The notes below the pieces were generated by a model. It saw nothing but the letters and a program-made list of their open reading frames with translations, did not search any database and was not told where the DNA came from. Below are positions 38,927 to 52,500 of a DNA stretch of 64,000 nt, one piece after another (positions within the stretch are counted from its first letter, which is position 1; each line of letters opens with the position of its first letter). Source of the stretch: Laetmonice hystrix (Eukaryota); NCBI GenBank assembly GCA_965235115.1, contig OZ249448.1:23994001-24058000 (forward strand). The letters run 5' to 3'. The position numbers and the translations under genes are program-made.

Positions 38927-40107
38927 GGGACGCACTCGCTCTCTCGGCTGTAACTGGCCGAAACCTGAACCGGATGCAGACGCCAATCCGATTCGAAGAA
39001 ACCTTCAGCGACTTGGGGATGAGATACCGGCTGGCGACGGGCACGTTCGAACCTGGCCATCTGGGAGCGTTGTACTTCAGCGTCAGCATCGGCGTCCAGG
39101 CTCAAATGACGGCACGCGTTGACGTCATCCGTCTGGTGGACGGCGGTGAGCAGACGATCTTCCGGCTGGAACGCCTCAGTCAGGACCACCGTAACGTCGA
39201 CACAATCTCTAAGGATTTCATCTACGAAAACGACAACGCCAGGGCTGTGTTCTACGTGCGGGCAATGTCGCCCATCTACAGCAGTTCTCTGGTTGAGACA
39301 TCGTTGACGGTCTTCAGCCTCAACCTGCTGCCCCCGTCACGTACGATTACCCAAGTAAGCAATGCCCCAGTACGGCCTGGCCTCCTCACGTGGAGCGATG
39401 GCGTCAGTACGATCTTCCCAGAGAACGGTCTCTACCTCATGACGTTTGTGGCGTCTGCGGACACCAGGCGCGTGCTAAGCGTCAGGATCAGCGCGTGTGG
39501 ACGGGACTTCGTTATAGAACGACAACACCGTGATTACAGGAACGTCGACGCCTTTTCCTCTTCTGTCCTCGTCAACTGCAGCCGGCCCGGTAACCGGGCC
39601 AACACGGTCCGTGTGATTGTCAACCAAGGGTTCCTTACCAGTCAGCCACAGGTTCGGCCAGCCTTGCTCGGGTTCAGATATACTCCCAGGGCGCCCAGCA
39701 GGCAGGCGGCCTGGCACATCGGGACTGGGCAGAACGACCAGGTCCTTGCGGGTTTGGTGAGGTTCCCAGACCGCTTCATATCCCCGGTCAGGGCGCAGCT
39801 GGGTACTACCAGTGTCGTCATCCAGGTGCGCGGGTTCTATTACATGCACTTGACGGCGTTCGCCCTGCCACAGCGCCGGCTGGACCTGAGGGTCAGAATT
39901 ATGCGTAATGGTTTAATGCTGAACAATATCTGGGGGTTGTCACGGGCGTCGGTCGTACACACGGGACGGGACACGCTGTCCCGTTCCATCATACTACCAC
40001 TGGAGGCCGGGGACGCAGTCCAGGTGGAGCTGCTTCCATTCCCCACCAGGTATGGTGTGGGTCCTAACAGTCGCTTCCTCGGTATGTTGCTATATGAAAC
40101 CCCGTGA
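38927..40107 (+). CDS. Second protein with three tandem C1q-like domains (paralogue of 36133-37307)
   Basis: ORF 38881-40107, with a probable phase-1 acceptor at 38926. It has the same triple pattern: GALYFSVS...SLTVF; GLYLMTFVA...ALLGF; GFYYMHLT...SRSIILPLEAGDAVQV...RFLGMLLY. Confidence 0.75.
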
Positions 40108-41311
40108 AAAAGAAATCCGCGCAAAGTGGAATAATGACTTCGCTCTGTAAAGGAACTGCAAAGAATCAAGACTATAAGCATGCGAGAAAGATAAAGTATT
40201 TTGTGGTATTTACCTGTGGTGAGATTACAGTGTAATAATAGGTGAGCATGCCGAACGCGAGCTCTGTAACCGAGTAAAGAATGTGTTCATGTAAAATCGT
40301 CGATAAGGAAGGAAGGACATGGGAGTCGTATCAACTTTAGACAGCCTTAGGATCTAGCGCAAAACGTTGAAATGTACATATCAAAACATTGTTTTTTGTG
40401 TTACCAATAGTGATATTAGGAAGCTGTTAAATCCGTGGTTCCGAAAGCCCAGAAGTTAGGATGGAACATGAGACAGCCCAAATCGTTACTTTTGAAAGCT
40501 CCTTCCCCCTCCTCAGGTTCTCATGGAGGGTTTTTGTGGGTCATAGGCAATCGTGTGAGAACGCCCAGGTGGGAATATAAAGGAGCTGCTGTCCGCGGAA
40601 GGTCTTCCCAATTAGTAGCAGGAGGCAGCACTGATTTCTGTACAACGTCGTCGAGATATGCGAATTAAGCCAGAATCGTAAATAAATGTCAAATTTAGGA
40701 CCTGATTATATCTAAGATATTGACCAATTTGTATGCTGGCGAAAAGAATAGTCAGATAGGCTACTCGCAGGAATTATGGAAAATATAAATTATGAATGTC
40801 TCTGTGTTGAACTGGTGATCATGGACCTAATGGGCTACACTTAATGCAATCTATTTCAAAATGACACTTAGTAATTAATTTCAATCTTACCTACGGTAGA
40901 CCTATGGTCCTATATTTTAAAACAACTTATCTGATATAAATAGGTCGCCAGCATTATCTTAAAATATAGTATGTTATGTGAAAAGAAAGATCTTCAGTAC
41001 AAATGAAGTTCTATTTGAGCGAACGTATGGAATTGCTGGAGCGCATGATGTCTTGTAACAAATCACTGTGTACATTGTTGGTGCAGTAGACAGAAGAATA
41101 GTAAACACAACAGTGTAAACACCGCATGGTGTATCTAGACTTTCCATGAAAAAAGTATTTAATGAAAGACTTACTAATTTACACCATACGACTTTGTTTT
41201 ACTTTGATATAAAATAACGGAACTACCTTTCATATTCATGAGAAATATGTATTCACTCCCTGGAGAGTTATCAATGTACCAATGACAGTGAAATATATCT
41301 CGGAATACCCT

Positions 41312-41643
41312 CGGGTTATTACAGGGGTTGGGCACCATAATCCATTGTCCTTACCCCCGGGTTAGTAAGGGGTTGGTCACCATTGTCCTTACCCCCGGGG
41401 TTAGTACAGGGGTTGGTCACCATTGTCCTTACCCCCGGGTTTGGTCACCATTGTCCTTACCCTCGGGTTAGTACAGGGGTTGGTCACCATTGTCCTTACC
41501 CCCGGGTTTGGTCACCATTGTCCTTACCCTCGGGTTAGTACAGGGGTTGGTCACCATTGTCCTTACCCCCGGGTTAGTACAGGGGATGGTCACCATTGTC
41601 CTTACCCCGGGGTTAGTACAGGGGATGGTCACCATTGTCCTTA
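41312..41643. repeat. About 39-bp minisatellite with about 28-bp deletion variants
   Basis: Unit cccccgggttagtacaggggttggtcaccattgtcctta, about 9 copies. Confidence 0.9.
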
Positions 41644-42716
41644 GGGTTCATTGCATCTAGGCCCGGTACTTCGTTTCTTATCGCCCAAATATCAATGTCC
41701 CGCCATTAATTAAACGTAAACATAATATTACATAATATTACAGCCAGATCCTCTCTTTCCTCTTTTCTCATGCCCGTTCTTCCTGTCTTGTCACTAGAAA
41801 GGGCTAACCAGGTAAAACTCATGTTCAGAGGATGCCAAGATTCAGCATGGATTTAGTCCATGCCTCAACCGTGGCGACAATCGCATTATAGGATCTGTAG
41901 AAACCATTCGATCAATTATAATGTAATCCTATTATTCCATAACGTCTACCACTCAAAATCTAATATGAGCCCTATAGGGTGATTGTTTAGTCTGTGTCGG
42001 AAACAAAATATCTGGTTCCAAAGTAGTAGTTAAAAGGAACTTAAAGGGATTTTAGGTTGCGATTTAAGTGCATTTTGTACAGCATTCCAAGACCTTTTAA
42101 CGAGCAAACACCTGTTTGGTTAATCCGTTTGGAAAGGCCTTTCCCCTGAGAAAATCCATGAGGCCATGACTGTGAGTTCAGCATTCAACTTGCCCTCTTC
42201 ATGACCCGGGTCACACAAAACATCTTTAAAACGTTGTAAATACCCTTATGACGTTTGATACGGTTTAGTACACGTTATTTGCTAGCTGGGAGGTATACCA
42301 GTAGTGCTGAGATCGGCTAACATCGTCAGCTGTCCGGGATAGGATGCGGAGGTACGTCACCGTGAAGAGAATTCGTGGACATACAAAGTTTGATCAGCTT
42401 CTTTCTCTGATACCAAGTTTTAACGTGTCTGACTGAGGAGAGATCACAGCTACACTCTGAGACCAATCACCAAACGATTTTAGGTAGGAAATTAGGGTTA
42501 CTAGTCCCACTGAGTTTCCTGGTAACATGGCTGAGGTCTTCTTACTTCCGTACAGGGGAAATTGCACCTGTGCACCTGTCACTAAAATCGGAATCTGGCA
42601 ATTTCTTTCTAAATTGCTGGTATTTAATCTATTATATTCATAACAGGTGTTAGACAATAATGTTGCTATAATTCATGTTATAGTTGCCTTGACGACATCA
42701 AAAGAATCTGGTGCTC

Positions 42717-44263
42717 ATGTCGCCGTTGCAAAAGAGATTGGAGCGACATGTACGCCACCTGGAGGATACGAAACGAACGAGAGAGGCGCAGATGTTCCTC
42801 AGCCAGCGCCAATTCTTTCTGAAGAAGGTCTTTACACCAAACAACGAACTCAGGTGTGACATCTCAGATACCTATATTATTAGGTATCTGGTCTGCTCAT
42901 CCTAGATAGAATCGTAGTATATAGGGACTTTTCTCTGAGTTCACTTGATAAAGTCATGCATGGTGTTTGTTATTAAAGGTTTGTGATTCCGCCCCAAAAG
43001 CTACAAATCACAACCAAAGAGACTCGTGTACAGGGGAGCGCAGGACTACCCCCTAAATCGGCGGTCCGCCCGTCTGTGTCTAAGGTAAGGCATTTATACA
43101 CTGTAGGCAGCCTGTTCATGGTATACGGTCCTATAGGGCACACCTATTTTAAACAAGATAACTTAATTACTGGTCCCTTAACCACTTATTCAATTGGCTT
43201 CAAACAAAATATACTTCCCAATACTACAAGCGATGTTTGAGATAATCTGAATTCGGCGATGCAATTTCCATTCTTGATTTGTTTGGGTCTATAGATCCTG
43301 TTGTAGCCTTACGAATACCGCCTACCGGTGTCCCATCTAATGCTTATACCCCCTTGTTTGGTTCATCTCGGGCATTATTATATATAATACATACCCCCGG
43401 TCATTATAGCAGTTATGGGAGTAGTTATTAGATGTGACACCGGCTCCGCCCCGTTATTCCAATAATCGAAAGCAATGGTGGGAGGTAACATATGCTAATC
43501 GCTGTTGTTTGTTCAAAAGGACTCTCCACTACGGGAAATATTCTTCTTGGAAGCCGATACAGGTCCGCTTACTGCAAACCAGCTCAAGATACAACAGATG
43601 TCAAATCACACAAACCAAAGGAAAGTTTCGCAATCTCACAAATTGCCCTCTGTAGGTGTAAAACAGAATTTCAATAGGCCTAGGAGTATTCTGGGGCGTC
43701 CTACACCAAAAGTAGAATTCAAACCTGAACTTGGAAAGCAGGCTGCATCCGATATCGCGCATAGTAAAACCAAAGAGTGTACTACTACACTCTCTGGGAA
43801 AACTACGGGGATTAAGACAAATATTTTGGATCTCTCATCGATTTCAATAACGGACATTCGAGGAGATTCACTTTATGTGCGCTCCCCGCCTCTATCTGGC
43901 CATGTGGAAATGGGAGATGATGCCAGTCAGAACTCTGTCAGCCCGTCGATGTTGGATACAGACAGAGAGTACATGCCGCCTAACGGGGTTGGTCAAGTAC
44001 GAGCAAACCTGAGCTGGACCTCAGCAATACCACACCGACCCAAGGATGACGTCAGCGAACAACTCCTGCAGAAGATCATGCTGACTGTTTCCTCCAACAT
44101 CGTAGCCAAGGTACGAGAGCAGTATGATACCGGAACAGGTGCTTACACGAGGCACAAAACAAATCTACTGCGTCGGGAAAAACAGGTCAGCAGGACGCTA
44201 GATGCTGGAGACGCTCGATTTGAAAACTTGATGAAGTGTCTGAAGAGAGCCGGTGTGCCCTGA
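42717..44263 (+). CDS. Uncharacterised protein of about 328 aa, 3 coding exons (42717-42853, 42979-43084, 43520-44263)
   Basis: The splice phases are consistent (2, then 0), including an aag|gtaagg donor. It has a helical N-terminus (LQKRLERHVRHLEDTKRTREAQMFLSQRQFFLKKV), a long low-complexity middle and a helical C-terminus (DARFENLMKCL). No family was recognised. Confidence 0.6.
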
Positions 44264-44493
44264 AATATTGCAGTCATGAAATATTGCAGTAGTGCGTAAA
44301 AATGCGATATTATTTTATGGCTGCCGCACTTTCCCTGTCCTGATTGGTCAGTTCCATGTCACGTGATCACAGATAAAAACTAATATTGCACGGAAAAAGT
44401 AATGTTGACCAGTCGATATTACTTTTTCACTGCCAAAAAATAAAGGAAGCGAAGAAAGCCGCTAGCAAGGCCAACGCCGCCCGTGTCCCTAGC

Positions 44494-44573
44494 AGCGCTT
44501 CAAAGTGCACTGTCTGTCACACAGGTGGCGTATATACGCCACCTGTGTGACAGACAGTGCACTTTGAAGCGCT
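44494..44573. repeat. Perfect 80-bp palindrome
   Basis: agcgcttcaaagtgcactgtctgtcacacaggtggcgtat|atacgccacctgtgtgacagacagtgcactttgaagcgct, with no spacer. The flanks extend it imperfectly. Confidence 0.95.
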
Positions 44574-45231
44574 CTTAGGGGACGTACGGGGCACCAGAGT
44601 TTTAATGGAATATATACCAGTAGGACGGCGACATGTTTGAGTGTTTCAATTAAAAAATGTCAGGCCAATGTGACACTTCTAAAGAGTCTAATTTAGCGAT
44701 TTTCTCACGAGTAATTTGACCGGTACACATTATACCCCGACGCCGTGCCTGCGAGGAAGCAAGTTCGGCGCTGCAGCCGCCATGCAGGCTGCCGCCGCCA
44801 CGTGTGACGCCTAGGCGAATCAGCAGCCATGTCTGAACTCGCCGTTTCAGAAATCGAAGCTACTTGCCAGTTACCGGCCCATTTGACCATCTTTCCTAAC
44901 TTTCCCTTTGTTTCTTTGAAAGCAATGGAGAAGTTGATGTAACGATGAATATGAGGATGTTTTTATCTGCGGCAAAATCGGCGGAATAGAGGCAGAATAG
45001 AGCCTTGAAGAAATCGGGTGTTCTCTTTGGCCCCGGTGGCTTTTCAATGAGCGAACGTACGAGACCAATACTATGCAAAATTTCAGTAGCGAATTACAAT
45101 ACCAGATATACATACAAACATTGCAATAATGACGTAATATTAAGTAAACAGATGTATTTAGCGTTTTAAATCATTCCTTGGCCAGTACAAGTATATTTGT
45201 GCGCACTGAAGGTGCCATTATGGCTGGGATC

Positions 45232-45421
45232 CACTGAAGCGATTGACAAGCGAACTTCATGCGATCAGATCTAAATTTTTAGATTTTATCGCTTCTATCG
45301 CTGCAAGATCGCTTGCGAAGCAAACTTCAACAAATGGCGCAAGCAATCGGAGCGATAGAAGCGATAATATCTAAAAAATTTGATCTGATCGCATGAAGTT
45401 CGCTTGTCAATCGCTTCAGTG
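45232..45421. mobile_element. Fold-back MITE-like element
   Basis: The arms cactgaagcgattgacaagcgaacttcatgcgatcagatc and gatctgatcgcatgaagttcgcttgtcaatcgcttcagtg are exact reverse complements (40 bp) and pair imperfectly further inward. Confidence 0.75.
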
Positions 45422-45893
45422 CACTAAGCCGATTCCCCTTGCGACGGCCATGCGATTTTTGATTTAATGGTGAAATTTTATGCTGAAATTTTTCCTGGCT
45501 GGCCTTCCCTGTTTAAGGAAATGGGTTCCATCCTTTAATCTCAAAATAACAGTAAAATAAAAGGGTGATGTCAAAATCGCATGGGCGTCGCAAGGAAAAT
45601 CGGCTTAGTGGATAAGGCCCTTTTAAGCTTCAGCACTGAAAGGGTTAAACCCCGCGGTTTGATAACAAAATGATGACCCGATTGAAGAGACACCTGGCGG
45701 TGCAGCCGTGACCTTTGTGTTGTTATCAGTTGGCGTGGTAAGTCGTTATCAGTATGACCCACTAGGGTTCCACAATACCTGGTGGTGACTGTTCAGGTAG
45801 ATCAGGTCGAGAAACACGGCACTCTAGAGCGGCCAGACTTACACCTGGTTAATGTGAACGTGTGTATGGACATTTACACCGTCAACACTCAAA

Positions 45894-48185
45894 ATGTCGT
45901 CCAAGTTTGACTCGTCCAAGATGTCTGTGGCCTCGTCCAGGGCGATGGCTAACGTCATGGCCGGTAATATCGTAACTCGTCGGGAGGGCAAACGGTTTCT
46001 CTACGAAACAGGCTTTGCGGCTAACTTCGTGGCTCTGATATTCTTGTTTATTGCCTTCTGCTCGCCATATTGGATCATATCGTGGCCGCGAGTATATTCC
46101 GGGTTCAAGCGTATCGGACTTTGGGAAGCGTGTTTTGCGGGACTAATTCTGGAGACTGACATCTCGAACAAGGCGTACCATGGGTGCTGGTGGATCCTTG
46201 CCCCCGAGTTCTGGGAGATCAGAGGCTGGCTCATGCCAGGTAAGCTCACACCTCTGTCCTCTAAAATAAACGGCGTCATCTTTGCTGTAACGCACGGCGC
46301 CACAATGCCTTTACCATTGTTATAGGCCTAGGTCATTGCTTCTGACTTCGACTTGAAATATCAAGAAACTTACTATTTTCTAAAACTTTTAGGCCCTTCT
46401 TTTGAAAACATTTTTTATGTAGCCTCTTTTTATGCATGACATTATCGAAATAGGATCACTAACTTATTAAATGACAGTCTTTTGGAGACTCCCCTTGGAT
46501 TATTAGCTCAGTAAAATACGGCAACTAGAATTGATGCTGCCGTTTAATCTGTATCGTGGAGGTACATAAATTATGTCGATATAAAGCAAACATTATATTA
46601 CCTGATTATTGTGTAGGCTTACATAAGAATACACTTTTGTGTACATATCCACGTCAGGCTGGTTCATCTTCACCCAAGTGGCTGTGACGTGTTGTTTCGT
46701 GGCCGAGATTGTGAGTGTTGTGCTCCAGTTTCTGATTTGGCTGAAGACTGGGGGTGTTCAGAAGGACGGCAGGTACAAACGAAAGGACCCACTCTTGTGG
46801 CTACAGATCACCGTCTGGATCACTGTCATCACAGGTAACCCCCCCCCCCCCCCCCCCACTTCCCACCCCTCCCTTAGAGACACAAGTTTATAGGCCTAGA
46901 ATTCCATCTCACCCTGACAGTAGATCTACTCCGGCAGACGGCGTAGTATAGTACTATCAGTAATAATGCCGACCCTTTCCGATAGATGGCGTTAGCAATG
47001 CTGGTGTGCGTTTCTTATCCAATCGAAGTTTGTCGTAGCGTTAACGCCAATGCATTCAATGGGGATTTTAACGCACTACAGGATAACGATAGATGAGAAA
47101 CAAACAGGGGTGAAATGCGACAGTATTGAAGCCAGAATGGCACGTTTGCTCGTCCAGATTCGCTATTGTACAAGTAAATCGACACATAATGAGAGAGATC
47201 GTTGGTATATTTCTCTGCAGACACGACTAGTTTCCCGTTAGGGGTTAGATCATAATAACCAGAGAACGTCAAATCGGACGTTCTGTGCTATAACTGTGCC
47301 ATTTTGGGATGATGTTCTGTTTGCAGGTGTCTTGATGGCGACTTCAGTGTTAGTGTTCGCCATCTGTTTCTCCACGGACAAGCGATGGCTGCCCAATCCT
47401 TACTTTAACTACCTGTCCTGGTCGTTTGGTATGGCTGTCGTCTCCACCTTCTTCTCCTTCTTCGCCATGATTGCACACGTGAGTCTGCTAGACGAGGCCT
47501 ACAGTAGTAGGACAGTAGAGGCGTCCAATGCATGTCTCTACAGTTGTAAATCTAGGCTTCCCAGTGGTCGGTTACGGGATTATAACAAAGAAAACGCCTA
47601 AGAGAGAGAGTCGGTGATTTTTTTTCCATATGCACGGGCATCAGGCGTAACCCTGTTACTTTCAAAATTCCGAAAAGGCAAAAGATGTAGAGTGCTCGAC
47701 TGGGATTGAACGCCGGCCGTGGGATTAGTGTACCCATTGGCATAGCATAAGGTATCAAGGCCAATGCCCACTTGGCCACCGCCACTTGCATAAATAATGT
47801 AAACTTTGGTGATCGAGCAGGACAATGGACGCCCCTCCAACATCCCCACATCATCCGAAATTAAGCGGAATCCATGATTTCCTATAGAGCTATACATGAT
47901 TTCTACGGGACATTCTACTGTTAACATCATCCGGGCACTAGCTAATATTGTGTTTTTTTTTAATATACGGGCGTCAGGCGGAACCCAGTTCACTTCCTGT
48001 AGCCTGGTAGACCTCTATGTCCGGAAAGAGAGTGTTACACCGAGTCCGACCGAGTCGGTAATTCTATCGATTGTTTGTAGGTGACGTACCTGATGATCGT
48101 TCGCCAACAGATGACTGAGCCGCCAAGATCGGTCCCACTGTCTGGGACTCTGCCCCGGTCCAAGGACAGCGCGGTACACATGTGA
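45894..48185 (+). CDS. Claudin/PMP22-family tetraspan protein (invertebrate septate-junction claudin-like), 4 exons, 259 aa
   Basis: Exons 45894-46239, 46658-46834, 47327-47478, 48081-48185. It has the FCSPYW...GLWEAC...GC signature, four hydrophobic helices and the NYLSWSFGMAVV motif. Confidence 0.88.
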
Positions 48186-48645
48186 TCAGGGTATACAACA
48201 GCGCGGTGCACATGTGATCAGGGTATACAACAGCGCGGTGGACATGGGATCAGGGTATACAACAGCGCGGTGCACATGGGATCAGGGTATACAACAGCGC
48301 GGTGCACATGTGATCAGGGTATACAACAGCGCGGTGCACATGGGATCAGGGTATACAACAGCGCGGTGCACATGTGATCAGGGTATACAACAGCGCGGTG
48401 GACATGGGATCAGGGTATACAACAGCGCGGTGTACATGTGATCAGGGTATACAACAGCGCGGTGCACATGGGATCAGGGTATACAACAGCGCGGTGTACA
48501 TGTGATCAGGGTAAACAACAGCGCGGTACACATGTGATCAGGGTATACAACAGCGCGGTGCACATGTGATCAGGGTATACAACAGCGCGGTGCACATGTG
48601 ATCAGGGTATACAACAGCGCGGTACCCATGTGATCAGGGTATACA
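48167..48645. repeat. 32-bp minisatellite, about 15 copies, overlapping the claudin stop codon
   Basis: Unit cagcgcggtgcacatgtgatcagggtatacaa. Confidence 0.95.
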
Positions 48646-49506
48646 TACAACAGGAAGTCATCCTGAGGGGGGGGGGAACAACAACAACAAAAAGCTATCA
48701 CTGAGCACCGTGTTTGTGATGAGTTATCATATAATCATTGAATGACAGCCTTTCCCTGATCACGATAACATTAGATCGAGCAGCAACACCACTAGGCCTA
48801 TCTTTTATTATTCATGTAGCCGAGTATGTAGTTTTAATATATCAAAGTTGTATGAAATTTGCAGTACATAATCTTCTCCTATATAATATGCTTGCAATCA
48901 GCATTAAGGGACATTAAATTAACTACATCGTCTTTTGTATTACCTATGATTGATGAATAAAATGTACATTTTCTATCCTTGTATTGGTATCTAAATGGCG
49001 AGGCCAACCTACAAATTATGTTATCAGCATCTATAATTCTTATAGGTCTGGGAAAGTACGTTTTTCAATTTTTATTATTGAAGGCCATCTAAAATGGTTT
49101 TATATCTGCAATGTTCTGCCATGAAAACTATATCCAGTTATTAGTCTTATTCATTAGACTCAACGAAAAGCTAGGTATGACTGTGATCAGCCGAAAAGAT
49201 GAAATATTTGAAGAAATCCGCTGGTCTGATAGACGGAGGTCTGGTAGACGCTGGTCTACTAGGCCTCAATGCTGGTAATATGGTCTAGGTCCAATAATTT
49301 CTTTCCTATATTCCGGAGACGTCACTCTACTTCCGTCGCTAAATTCAGATTTTTAAAAGTCACATAATAATTGTTCTATCCGTCTCTGCATGCATGCACA
49401 CGTGTATTCGTAAACTCCACCCCACCGACCCCACCCAATCTTTGAAAATTCATTATTTTCACCATCGTGTAAATCGCTTTCGTACATGTGACGTCACGAT
49501 GGCTGA

Positions 49507-52500
49507 TCACGTGGCCGTGTCGGGGGAGAATGACGCCGGACGGATCATCATGACGGACTGTTTCAGGGAGTAGCTGTCTCCGCGCCAGTGGTTCCAGTTG
49601 ATACCCTGGTGGCCACGGTGGGTACCATTGAGATAGCGTCCGTTCAGGTTGGCACGGTAACAAGCGTTGTACCACCAACCTCCGCTGTACTTGTTGGAGC
49701 AGTCATCGTCGGGGTGAGCGTCGTTATCTTTGTCCTTGGTCGAAAACTTGTGTCCTCTGCTGTGAGCGAGAGCGTCTCCTGCAGGTGTCATGAATATTAT
49801 ATCAAGGACATCAGCTAACCTAGATCTAACTAATCATAAACTACCATTATCAGTATCAAGACGGTCTCAATTCTAGGATTGAATACACGACTAAAAACAG
49901 TTAAACAATTATATTAAAGCTCACCAGCAGTTCCTGTATATGATCCAATATCTAAACTAAAGTGTGTGAATTCAGACGACACGGCAAAGTTACTGTAGGT
50001 GGCCATTCGGCTGTTTCCGTCCAGGTCCGCTAGGTAGACATGTAGGTCCATGACGTGGCTGTGAGTCAGTAGGTAGAGTGCCCTGTTACCCAGCCAATAC
50101 TCTCCTTCCGCCGACCCGAACCCCTCGGCATACTCCAACCAGTTGCGGAAGAAGTCCACCTCGCCATTGAGACGCCGCTGAATAACCTATTGTCAAACGT
50201 CATAATCAGTCGTTATAGTCCTATAGTAGCACCGAGACTGGGTGGGGATGTTAACAAACACCCTGCTTATCGGATGCGCCCGGACAGAGAGGCCTACTTT
50301 TTTGCCGAATCTGAGCTTTGCGCAAAATTAATCAATCTCCTCTTAACTGGGTCTTCCTCGAAAAATATATAGGCTAGCTTCATTTGTATCACTGTTGGCA
50401 GCCTATGGCCTACAGAAGTAGGAATTTGTAGAAGGAAAATGTAAAGTATTGTTTACAACCACCTACTAGATCTATATACAATCACGGTGACCCCTACCGC
50501 TACCCCCCACCCTCCCGATCAGACGTTAAAGTTTGATTTAAAGTTATATTCGGCAGCCATTCATTTAAAACGTAGTCTGACTCACTGTCCATCCTCCTCC
50601 TCTTGTCTCCATGTCGCAATAAACCCTGAGCGGTGCGCCCCCTAGCGGCGAGATGGTGAACACGCCTGATGTCGTCTGCCCAGACTTTCGAATGGCGGCA
50701 CAGTCGTGCAGTCTGTGCCTGTTCACTGGGGCCAATTAGTGATGTCCGTTTTAGAATAACGAATGTCAGTGATTGCGTGTAATAGTACACCCAGAATGTC
50801 ACTCTTGTGACATTTAAAACACATTTTAAATTCAAATATAAATTCATATATAGGCCTAGGCCTATGATAAAAAGGATAAGAGGTAGAGTGATTTCGTCCT
50901 GAAGTGGAGTGATTCGAAGGAGAGTGGTTTGAAACTAGAACGGATGCTGACCTGAACCAAGGATGAAATCACTCTCAAGTGTTCTGAACCTTGGACTAGA
51001 GCACTCTATATAGTGTTCTGGTCCTAGGATGATATAGAGTGACAATTCGAGTAGTGACTTGATCCTGCTATACACAGCAGGTTTAGGCCAAAAAAAGAGA
51101 GTTTCGTTTCTTGTCCTTTCATATAAAAAAAATTGGTGCGGTGACGCGGGTTTTTTTTTCATCTTTCTTTTTTTTGGGGGGGGGGGTGCAGCTAGACAAC
51201 GGCCGATTCTTCGAATGCAATTGCTGTTGGGTACATAAATCTTGAAGAAAAGACTAATGCAATGATGTTCAATGTTTTCAATGTTCAATGTGTAAAACTC
51301 ACATAAAATCAGCAAGACTAACAGAAAAACGACAACGCCAAAGAACCGTTGCAACGTTCTGTCCCAGCACTACACTGCCCACCATATGAAGCAGTCGGAT
51401 TTGAAAAAAAAAGACTTGACGCGGGGGTTTTTAGGTGACGCGCGCGGGGACAAGAAACGGATCTTTTTTTTTTTTTTGCCTTATGATTGGATGGAGATAC
51501 AAGACAGTATAGGCCTACTACATTTTACCTTTTCTTCCATCGTTATTGAGAAGTGAAGAAATGTTGTCGGTTTTTTCATGACTCATCCCGGTTGAGAGAC
51601 GCCGTTTGGACGTCCCACGTCTACTCATGCCGTCGTGGTAGGCCACAACCTCTCGTAGGTCTTGTAACAGTGCCAGGTGATTCTATCAAAGACGGGTCAT
51701 GCCAGTTTAATAATATTTGTTCTGTGAGTAGTGTAGCGTTTTACCTCCCACGCTTCCTGTACACTTCTCAGTATATGGTAACAATAAGCCTATAATTACT
51801 GGACCGGGACGTAGATCTACATTTTGGTGTGCACGGATTGCATGCCTGTCTATTTGTCACTAATTGTCAGACTTCCAGTGAAGCTGTAGGCCTATTTGGG
51901 GTAGAAAGCGCACATGTATAGACTATTATGCTCCTTCCGCACCAGCTGTATTGTACATACTTTTAGGCCACGTCTGATAAAAATCGGTAAACATCCACCT
52001 TTTTTCTCAGCTAGATCAGATAAATGTCTACGTATAGGTTCCTTCTCATCATAGGCCTAATTACGTCTATGCATACTCCAGGGCCCGGTTTTTAGTTCGT
52101 CATTTTACCAATCTTAAGACTGGAAATTTAAGACTGACTTGTGTTATGGTCTCTCATTGGCTGACTTGATTTGAAGGACCAATCAGAAGCTCTGAAACAA
52201 TAGTTCAATCTTAAGATTTTAATCTTAAGACTCGGCTTGCAAACTAAAAACCAGGGCCTGGGCCGTGCATTCTAGTGGAGAGAACGGACACTGTCACAGG
52301 ACGCCCTGTACCCTAGCTCTTTCATCCGAAGAAAAAAAAACGTGAAAAGGAGTTGATTTCTTTTTACAATGATACACAAGGGGCATCCTGATTAAACTAA
52401 GGACTGTCACCTGGTTGTCCTGCCTCGTAGTCAGTGTCTGCATGTAGCTGTCCACCTCCCTAGATAAACCATGCCGGAGTTCCTGTCGTACCGTCTCTTT

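Noticed and set aside
44705-45113. Overlapping minus-strand ORFs in a GC-richer patch
   Set aside because: No recognisable motif or splice context; possibly a transposon remnant.
48214-48441. 75-aa repetitive ORF
   Set aside because: Translation of the 32-bp minisatellite.
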